Origin: a virus
Taxonomy: Duplodnaviria; Caudoviricetes
Strand: one strand, 5' to 3'
Length of the DNA: 52,371 nt
IMG/VR virus record: IMGVR_UViG_3300027749_000147
Coordinates: 1 to 52,371 of that record
Shown here: positions 46,411 through 52,371 of the stretch, in pieces
Position numbering within the stretch: the first letter of the stretch is position 1
Layout of the letters: each line of letters opens with the position of its first letter
Notes under the pieces: model-generated
What the model was told of the DNA's origin: nothing
Databases searched by the model: none
What the model saw: the letters and a program-made list of their open reading frames with translations, nothing else
Made by a program: the position numbers and the translations under genes

Positions 46411-46722
46411 CTAACCTCGCATTTGCTCGCCGCGAATGTTACCGCGACCAACTTTTTTAGTTACTTTTTGTTTAGCTGCAGCTTCTTTTTTCTCGATTGC
46501 TTCCTGAACGTAGTCTCGGAAACGTGGGTCAATATCTTTTTTCGAAGTTACAAATTTGCCACCCATTTGGGCATAATGTGAGTGTACCCAGTGGGCGGCT
46601 GCTGGGGACGGGTAGACTCGAAATCTAGTCTTAGCCTGTGCAACATACATGTTCCATAGGCGTGGATTAGCAGGCAACTGCCTAGGTCCTTCTTGGACCG
46701 ATTTACCTTGAATAAGAGCCAT
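46411..46722 (-). CDS. basic hypothetical protein
   Basis: PANP.LW.....AK..F..YPS..A..W....Y...GG.F. Confidence 0.75.
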   Translation of the reverse strand: MALIQGKSVQEGPRQLPANPRLWNMYVAQAKTRFRVYPSPAAAHWVHSHYAQMGGKFVTSKKDIDPRFRDYVQEAIEKKEAAAKQKVTKKVGRGNIRGEQMRG

Positions 46723-46773
46723 AATAAATCCTTAGACCCCCTGCTTTATGGGCAGGGGGAACTAGGGTTGAAG

Positions 46774-47178
46774 TTAGTCTTGTACGACTGATGGGTTCAA
46801 GCGGTACTGGTGACCACCATCACGGAAGACTTCTGCAATAACGTTTTCGCCGTGGTCAGCAAATGCTTCACTAGCAAAATCATTAAGGACAGTTGGTGCT
46901 TCCACCCACGCTGCAGAACCTACGTGAGCCCGCTCGCGCATTGTTTCTTCGGCTGACTTTTCGAACACATTACGGTTCTGATTTGGACGACCTGGTGCAG
47001 GAATGTACCCCTGCATTGCCCCCACGGTGAATTCCTGTGGAACATCCGTGTCAGTTGCGATTCCTTCTTCAAAACGAAGCGGACCACGCTGACCTGGAAT
47101 TGCAGGACTCAAGGTGCGGTCATAAACGGTGCCTGGACGCTCAGGGAATTGAGGGTCTGGTGCGATATTCATTGACAT
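46774..47178 (-). CDS. hypothetical protein between terminase and portal
   Basis: 134 aa, AAGGAG SD, has its own promoter. Confidence 0.8.
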   Translation of the reverse strand: MSMNIAPDPQFPERPGTVYDRTLSPAIPGQRGPLRFEEGIATDTDVPQEFTVGAMQGYIPAPGRPNQNRNVFEKSAEETMRERAHVGSAAWVEAPTVLNDFASEAFADHGENVIAEVFRDGGHQYRLNPSVVQD

Positions 47179-47220
47179 AGAGAATTCTCCTTTAAGGAAG
47201 GTTGAGGTACCTCACTTAAA

Positions 47221-47255
47221 ATTATGCCTTGTATTGGTCTGTACGTCAGACTAAA
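47221..47255 (-). promoter_or_regulatory. TTTAG-N24-CATAAT promoter
   Basis: TTTAG-T-CTGACG-N17-CATAAT. Confidence 0.6.
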
Positions 47256-47261
47256 CTTAAA

Positions 47262-48845
47262 TTATCTACTAAAAAACGGATTACTGGTCTGCTCTACTTC
47301 TACCATAGAATAATCTAAAGTTAAGCTACAGGCAATCGCTAAAGAGTCTGCAAAATCATCATGTGCGTGGGCTTCGTCAGGAGCAGCAGCCATGAAGTTA
47401 GGACCCTTAAACTTAGTCTCTAAGTCTGTCATTTGCTGGTAAAAACGCTTCCAAGCACGTAATCTACGGGTTTTAGCGTGGGCAGGGAAACCTACTAGAC
47501 GGCGGTCAATAAGGGCTTTAAGGTGCTTCCAGCGCTTTGACTGCTCGGTAGGGCTACTGGTTAGGGAAATAACCTCCGCGCGTGGTAGGAGCAGTTTTAG
47601 ACGCTGGGCTACTGCGTCACCGACACCGTTTGCATCAACTCCGACTAAGAAGACATTGTAGTTCTCTAGGAAGTTAACAATCTGGAAGTACTGGTCTTCC
47701 CAGTCATCTCCTTGGATTTCCAACCAATTAAGTACACGATGGTCGTAGTAACCAAACTCATCGGGGCGGTCCCAGTCTACCCAAACAACTGTAACAACTG
47801 TGGAGTCCATCTTACGAGCAGGGTCAATACCTACTACAACAGGGGTACGATGATAAGCCTTAACAACTTCCATACTTGTATCGCCAAGTTCATCCATAAC
47901 CGTAGAGGTAATAAACATACCTTTTTCAAGCATCCACTTGCAGTTATACGACATCTGGAACTCATCAGAGTCATCTCCGATTCGTAGCGTTTCTTTTTTA
48001 ATGAACTTTCCGTAGTCTTTGTTGACCTTGGCTACTTCCTGCCAATTCCACTCGAAGTGGTTTTTTCGGGAACGTGACGTCTGCCTACGCTTATTTAATT
48101 GAATAGACTTGTAGAAGTTGTTCTTAATATTTGTTGGTGTTCCCGTTTTTACCATAGTACCTGAGTAGTACGCAAGCATAGGGGAAATAGATTTAGCGAC
48201 CATAAAGTCATCTGCTCCCTGACACTCATCAATAACAATGAGGTGAAACGACTTAGACTCAATCTTGGCTCGCGGGTTTGCGGTCATCATCATAAGGCTA
48301 CTGCCTGAGTTTTTGAGTTTAATTTGTCGTGTGATTCCAGGAACCTTACCCAAAGAATCATCAATCTCTGGGTCTCCAAGGATAGCCTGTGCGTGCTCAG
48401 ATGTAAGACGGTTTACAGTTCTACCGAATAGGGTTTCTACCTGACCCTCAACAGGAGCAAACATACCAACCCAAATACCATCTTTAAACTTACCTAGTAG
48501 GTCTGGATACATCTTGGCTAGGCGAGGAAGTAACACCATAAGAGTGGCTACTGTGTTGGCTACTGTCTCAGATTTTCCCGACTGACGGGCTGCAAGAGCG
48601 GTAATTTCTTCACCGTCACCAATAATTACAGACTCCATCATACGGCGCGCTAAAGGGGCTTGGTACGGGTGTAGGGCGTGTCCAACAAGGGTATCCATAA
48701 ACTGCATCATCTTGTCTACAAGAGCATTTACGAACTCTTTAGATAGTTCGTCCATTTCATCTTCAGGCTCATCATAAACTTGTACTTCGTCAAAGTCGTC
48801 GTCTAATTCAATGTCGTCTTCGTAGAAGAGATGTTGCTCGCTCAT
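47262..48845 (-). CDS. terL: terminase large subunit
   Basis: PYQ, ARQSGKS Walker A, IVIDE Walker B, TGTP, VGIDPA and HDDFADS. Confidence 0.93.
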   Translation of the reverse strand: MSEQHLFYEDDIELDDDFDEVQVYDEPEDEMDELSKEFVNALVDKMMQFMDTLVGHALHPYQAPLARRMMESVIIGDGEEITALAARQSGKSETVANTVATLMVLLPRLAKMYPDLLGKFKDGIWVGMFAPVEGQVETLFGRTVNRLTSEHAQAILGDPEIDDSLGKVPGITRQIKLKNSGSSLMMMTANPRAKIESKSFHLIVIDECQGADDFMVAKSISPMLAYYSGTMVKTGTPTNIKNNFYKSIQLNKRRQTSRSRKNHFEWNWQEVAKVNKDYGKFIKKETLRIGDDSDEFQMSYNCKWMLEKGMFITSTVMDELGDTSMEVVKAYHRTPVVVGIDPARKMDSTVVTVVWVDWDRPDEFGYYDHRVLNWLEIQGDDWEDQYFQIVNFLENYNVFLVGVDANGVGDAVAQRLKLLLPRAEVISLTSSPTEQSKRWKHLKALIDRRLVGFPAHAKTRRLRAWKRFYQQMTDLETKFKGPNFMAAAPDEAHAHDDFADSLAIACSLTLDYSMVEVEQTSNPFFSR

Positions 48846-48875
48846 ATGTTGTCCAAACTAGTAAAACCTTTAATA

Positions 48876-49124
48876 CTATACCACAGTTCTGTTGTACAGT
48901 TCAGTTACTACTGCGTGCAAAGCCTCAGCGCCAGTTAGAGCCTCTTCTACGTATACATCCTCACCAGTACGCTGGTATCCCGAAAAACACCTGTTAATCT
49001 CAAATAGAGCCTGGTCTGCCCATCCAGTTAGTTCACCAGTAGGTATCTTCTTTACTCTCTTGGCTACTTTCTCAGAGAAAGGTTTATCCCATATTTTTTT
49101 AGGTTTACGGCGAAAGTTTACCAT
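48876..49124 (-). CDS. hypothetical helical protein (82 aa)
   Basis: Start at ATG 49124, overlapping the upstream stop. Confidence 0.65.
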   Translation of the reverse strand: MVNFRRKPKKIWDKPFSEKVAKRVKKIPTGELTGWADQALFEINRCFSGYQRTGEDVYVEEALTGAEALHAVVTELYNRTVV

Positions 49125-49378
49125 TCCATTAGTTCCTCTACTGTTACATCTAGTTCCCTTCCCCAAATTGCTGAGGCAAGGGCTACGTCCTCGTCTTGTG
49201 TTTCTATCCACTTGCCCAACACAAACCCTGTGTGAGTAAATGGTAAACGAAATACTAGGCAACTGCCTCGGCGAAAAGGCTCTTCAATTTCGTGAGTCCA
49301 GCCTTTTTCAAGAACTGGTAGTGGTTTACGATGTGGGTATTTAACTGTTGTACCGTATATTAGTCCGTTACTCTTCAT
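49118..49378 (-). CDS. hypothetical protein (86 aa)
   Basis: Start at ATG 49378; GWT.EIEEPFR.G.CLVFR.P. Confidence 0.65.
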   Translation of the reverse strand: MKSNGLIYGTTVKYPHRKPLPVLEKGWTHEIEEPFRRGSCLVFRLPFTHTGFVLGKWIETQDEDVALASAIWGRELDVTVEELMEW

Positions 49379-49868
49379 CCGATATCCTATCTGGTCTTCC
49401 TTCGTTATCCATACCATTAATAAAGTCATCATATATCTTCATAACGCTACTTAGTCTTCTAGTATCGCCAGTAAATTGCAAACCGCCTGAGATATCTTGT
49501 TCTCTAGCAGCCGCTTCTACAACAGAGTCAAGAGCATTCTTTTTATGTGGAGACATAGTATCTCTATTAACTGGACCCTTATCGTCCCAGTTGTTTAGAC
49601 CAGATTCTTCAAGATACACACCTTTAGATGGCGCGCCCCTAAACTCATCCCAAATTTCTTCAGGTACATTATAGTAATTGTACCAAGTTCTATCTCTAAA
49701 CACAACTGTCATAGTACCCGTATTTTTATCCCAACCAGCGGCTAAAGTTCGTGGTCTATCTGGGTTACTGGTAGAAGTGCTCTTAAGTTCTAGTTTTGCA
49801 TAGGTCTTGCTTCTTGGGTCTGGGTCAACTTCAAACTCATCGTTTAGCTCTTGCTCTTCTGGCATCAT
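49368..49868 (-). CDS. KTSC-domain protein
   Basis: GWD.....MTVVFRD...YNY.NVP..IW..F..A.SKG.YL. Confidence 0.8.
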   Translation of the reverse strand: MMPEEQELNDEFEVDPDPRSKTYAKLELKSTSTSNPDRPRTLAAGWDKNTGTMTVVFRDRTWYNYYNVPEEIWDEFRGAPSKGVYLEESGLNNWDDKGPVNRDTMSPHKKNALDSVVEAAAREQDISGGLQFTGDTRRLSSVMKIYDDFINGMDNEGRPDRISDEE

Positions 49869-50134
49869 TCTATCTCGCAATCGTGTAGTTCTGTTTCGTC
49901 TTCCCTGACTCTAGCGTGGCAATCATAGCAACGTAGCCATTTAAGAGGGTTAAAGTTATTTTGTGCGGTAGCGCCTGGTTCAAAATCATACCCATCTTCA
50001 TTAAAGGCTGGGTCATAGTCATAAATTACTTCTGGTTCTTCAAATAATTCTGGGGGGAATGGACCACGAGGTCGAGTAACCCTATTAGGTACTGGGTGAC
50101 CTTGGTATGCTGCTACGGTTCTTATTACGTTCAT
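49865..50134 (-). CDS. hypothetical protein with a C-terminal CxxC...HxC Zn knuckle; probably leaderless
   Basis: TGC-TATTCT-ATAGGT-ATG. The longer ORF-track start lies inside the terminator. Confidence 0.7.
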   Translation of the reverse strand: MNVIRTVAAYQGHPVPNRVTRPRGPFPPELFEEPEVIYDYDPAFNEDGYDFEPGATAQNNFNPLKWLRCYDCHARVREDETELHDCEIE

Positions 50135-50148
50135 ACCTATAGAATAGC

Positions 50149-50175
50149 AAAAGAGCACCCTTTAAGGGTGCTCTT
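50149..50175 (-). terminator. intrinsic terminator after the holin-like gene
   Basis: AAGAGCACCCT-TAA-AGGGTGCTCTT followed by TT. Confidence 0.75.
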
Positions 50176-50187
50176 CTGGTAGTTTAA

Positions 50188-50391
50188 TTACTTACTAGAG
50201 CCTGCGCCATATGCTGGGTTCTTAGGATTAACGCCAAGTGCGATAGGTCCTAGAACGGCTACTAGAGCAGCCTTAAGCAAATCTGACGGGGTTGTGTAAC
50301 CTGCAACGTATGCAGTTGCTACTGCGACTAGTGCCGAGTATGCATAGTGCTCTGCGATTGATGCGAGCTTCTTTTTAGTTGTAGTACTCAT
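50188..50391 (-). CDS. holin-like membrane protein (2 TM, 67 aa)
   Basis: Start at ATG 50391 with an AGGAG SD; two hydrophobic helices ending NP..PAYG.G. Confidence 0.7.
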   Translation of the reverse strand: MSTTTKKKLASIAEHYAYSALVAVATAYVAGYTTPSDLLKAALVAVLGPIALGVNPKNPAYGAGSSK

Positions 50392-50398
50392 ATTTCTC

Positions 50399-50659
50399 CT
50401 ATTGTTTGTCAATGTGGTTATCAAAACGCTCTTGCAGTTTGTCCATGTTTTTTTCAATGCGGTTAACCGCATCTCTCATACTAGACCCACCGTTAGGAGA
50501 ATATTGTGATTCCACTTTTTTAATTCTATCATCAATTTCGTTTAGTTTTTCCAATCTTGACGTAATTCTATTAATATATTTAAAACCAGCAAAGATAAGT
50601 GCTGCAATTTCAATGGAAGTTAGGATTAATTGTGTCCAGGAGCTGGCGTTACTCAACAT
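50399..50659 (-). CDS. single-pass membrane protein with a coiled coil (actinophage lysis-cassette type)
   Basis: N-terminal TM helix, then PNGGSSMRDAVNRIE...FDNH. Confidence 0.75.
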   Translation of the reverse strand: MLSNASSWTQLILTSIEIAALIFAGFKYINRITSRLEKLNEIDDRIKKVESQYSPNGGSSMRDAVNRIEKNMDKLQERFDNHIDKQ

Positions 50660-50773
50660 GTATAAACGCTTTCGTTTGTGGGCTCTACTAACTAAAACAA
50701 AAATATTCTACGTAATAAAAACTCTATATATTAATTAAACCTTAAAATTGTTTTTATGTCTAGATTAAACAAT

Positions 50774-50803
50774 AAAAAAGCCCTAGCCGAAGCTAGGGCT
50801 TTT
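50774..50803 (-). terminator. intrinsic terminator (possibly bidirectional)
   Basis: AAAAGCCCTAGC-TTCG-GCTAGGGCTTTTTT with a cUUCGg loop. Confidence 0.9.
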
Positions 50804-50815
50804 CTATTTAGGTTT

Positions 50816-52369
50816 TTACAGACCGTAGTTGCGAGTCAAGTTAAGAACCAAAGCGTTACCAGAGTTTGCTGCTGATGTTGTAACAATGGTGTTCTTTGGA
50901 CGAGCAACAAGATTAGTAACTGTGGTAGTACCTGTTACGTTAGCAATGGTGAACGTGAATCCACTTACAGCCGCGACTGTTGCATCACCAAGGTTATTGG
51001 CTACTGCACCAGAAGTACCGCCACTTAGGTTTACTGTGTCGCCAACACCAAGGGTGTGTGCGGTAGAACCTGTAGTAAATACCCAACCAGTTCCTGACTG
51101 TGCTGCCACTGTGACTGTTAGGTCAGTGGAGAAGTTCATGTTACCTGGCTGTAGACCAGCAGCGCGAATCTTTTGGATTGCGTTTGTGGTTGTAAGACCA
51201 GTAACTGTAGGAGTGGTGTAGCTTGGTGTGTAAGCAGGGTAGCCACTGTCTGGGGTAGTAACACGGTCATGGTTATCCAAACCAGGTACCAAGTAAGCTG
51301 ATGGGTACGCGTAAGTGTAGCCCCATCCGTTATCAGCAGTAGTGATGTAAGCAGTACCAGTGAATGTACCAGTGTTCTTAGCAACGCTACCTAGCGAGGT
51401 CTGTGTACCGCTTAGAGCAGGGCTAGACGCAGTGTAGGTAACAGTGTAAGTAGTAACAGCAGACGCAGTTGTAGATGCGGTATTAATCGCAGTTACAGTT
51501 CCACCAGTTACACCAGATACGTTGATAACATCACTAACTGCAATACCATGAGGTACGTTGGTTGTGATTGTTACAGAAGACGCACCAGTAGCAATCGAAG
51601 TGATTGAGAATACTGGGGCTAAAACGCTGAACGTGTTTGCATCAAGAACAGTAGCAGGCTTATCAATTACATTGAAACCAGCAACGCTTGAACTACCAAC
51701 AGTTACATTCTGACCTGAAGATAGGTTATGAGGAGTAACAGTTCTGTAGTTAATTGTGCGGGTTGTAGAAATTGTAAAAGCATTTGCTGAGGATACTACG
51801 CCAATAGCAGCAGGATTAACAGTAAGTGTTCCTGTTCCAATTGCAGTAATAACACTTCCTGTAGCAAGACCTGTAGCAGTTACGCCCATGCCAACACTCA
51901 CACCAGCTGTTGCAACTGTGAATGTTACATCACCTTTAGCACCAGCAACGCTAGGTGTTGGAGTAGCGGTTGCGCTAGATACAACGCCAGTAGCAGCAGA
52001 GATTGCTACGCTATTGATACCATTAACAGCGTACTGCTTAACAATTGTACCAACCTTGTTGGTTACAGCTTTTGTAAGAGGGCTGTTAAATACAATGCTT
52101 GTAGTACCAGTTGATGCAATCTGTACAGTATCAAAGTTGTAATCATTAGGAACAATGCCCTGAATGGTTACAGTCTGACCAGCAACTAGACCGTGAGTTG
52201 AGCCAACAGTGAATGTTACCTGAGTACCATTTGAAGTTACGTTGCTAGTAGCAACGCCGACAATACGGATGTCACCATCAGTAGCGTCCTTATTAGGCTG
52301 GATTGGGTTAGTGTTACCCCATTCACGTGCAACTTGAACGTTGGTCTGTGCAGTTGTAGGCAACCAGTT
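50816..52369 (-). CDS. Thr/Ser-rich virion-type protein with repeated small beta modules and a PASTA-like segment (5'-partial)
   Basis: Frame is open to the window edge. Five H(G/N)L..G..V.I.G-type modules; P.V.GLT...A...IRAAGL. Confidence 0.75.
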   Translation of the reverse strand, partial: NWLPTTAQTNVQVAREWGNTNPIQPNKDATDGDIRIVGVATSNVTSNGTQVTFTVGSTHGLVAGQTVTIQGIVPNDYNFDTVQIASTGTTSIVFNSPLTKAVTNKVGTIVKQYAVNGINSVAISAATGVVSSATATPTPSVAGAKGDVTFTVATAGVSVGMGVTATGLATGSVITAIGTGTLTVNPAAIGVVSSANAFTISTTRTINYRTVTPHNLSSGQNVTVGSSSVAGFNVIDKPATVLDANTFSVLAPVFSITSIATGASSVTITTNVPHGIAVSDVINVSGVTGGTVTAINTASTTASAVTTYTVTYTASSPALSGTQTSLGSVAKNTGTFTGTAYITTADNGWGYTYAYPSAYLVPGLDNHDRVTTPDSGYPAYTPSYTTPTVTGLTTTNAIQKIRAAGLQPGNMNFSTDLTVTVAAQSGTGWVFTTGSTAHTLGVGDTVNLSGGTSGAVANNLGDATVAAVSGFTFTIANVTGTTTVTNLVARPKNTIVTTSAANSGNALVLNLTRNYGL

Positions 52370-52371
52370 AT

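Noticed and set aside
2852-48845. Inteins or group I introns in recA, polA, dnaB or terL
   Set aside because: All are of normal length with contiguous motifs; no splice-junction or homing-endonuclease signature was seen.
177-52142. All plus-strand ORFs in the track (e.g. 29604-30236, 31908-32288, 50829-51221)
   Set aside because: They are antisense shadows of well-supported minus-strand genes, with no SD, motif or operon context.
1-52371. Stop-codon reassignment
   Set aside because: Genes are intact in the standard code, all three stops are used as terminators, and there is no suppressor tRNA.

Overview
A 52 kb segment of a lytic-looking, contractile-tailed (myovirus-type) phage that most likely infects Actinobacteria. 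Evidence for the host: a WhiB gene, an actinobacterial-type lytic transglycosylase and actinophage-style membrane/holin genes; the low GC suggests a low-GC freshwater actinobacterial host (inference). Every credible gene is on the minus strand, and many are coupled by TAATG/ATGA overlaps. Read in transcription order (right to left): a Thr/Ser-rich repeat virion protein, a holin-like pair, a KTSC protein, terminase, portal, scaffold, major capsid, neck proteins with a beta-helix fibre, tail terminator, sheath, tube, chaperone, short tape measure, baseplate, and a 10x FN3 fibre. Next comes a replication block (initiator with a candidate origin, DnaC-like loader, DnaB, primase, M23 peptidase, SNF2 helicase, transglycosylase, tRNA-Asn/Arg/Leu, an RHH regulator, SSB, Pol A). 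Last is a recombination block (RecA, Hjc-like nuclease, WhiB, Cas4-like nuclease, UvsY-like protein, RuvC-like protein). Best leads: (1) a probable +1 programmed frameshift (UUU_CGU_UUU_UAG) in the chaperone-position gene; (2) a recurring TTWAG-N24-[-10] promoter architecture that could be read by the phage WhiB bound to host sigma-A; (3) a Gp5 spike protein with no beta-helix needle and a C1q-like domain inserted in its OB fold; (4) structured 5' leaders; (5) several unannotated, translationally coupled micro-ORFs. All family assignments come from motif recognition by eye, not database searches.
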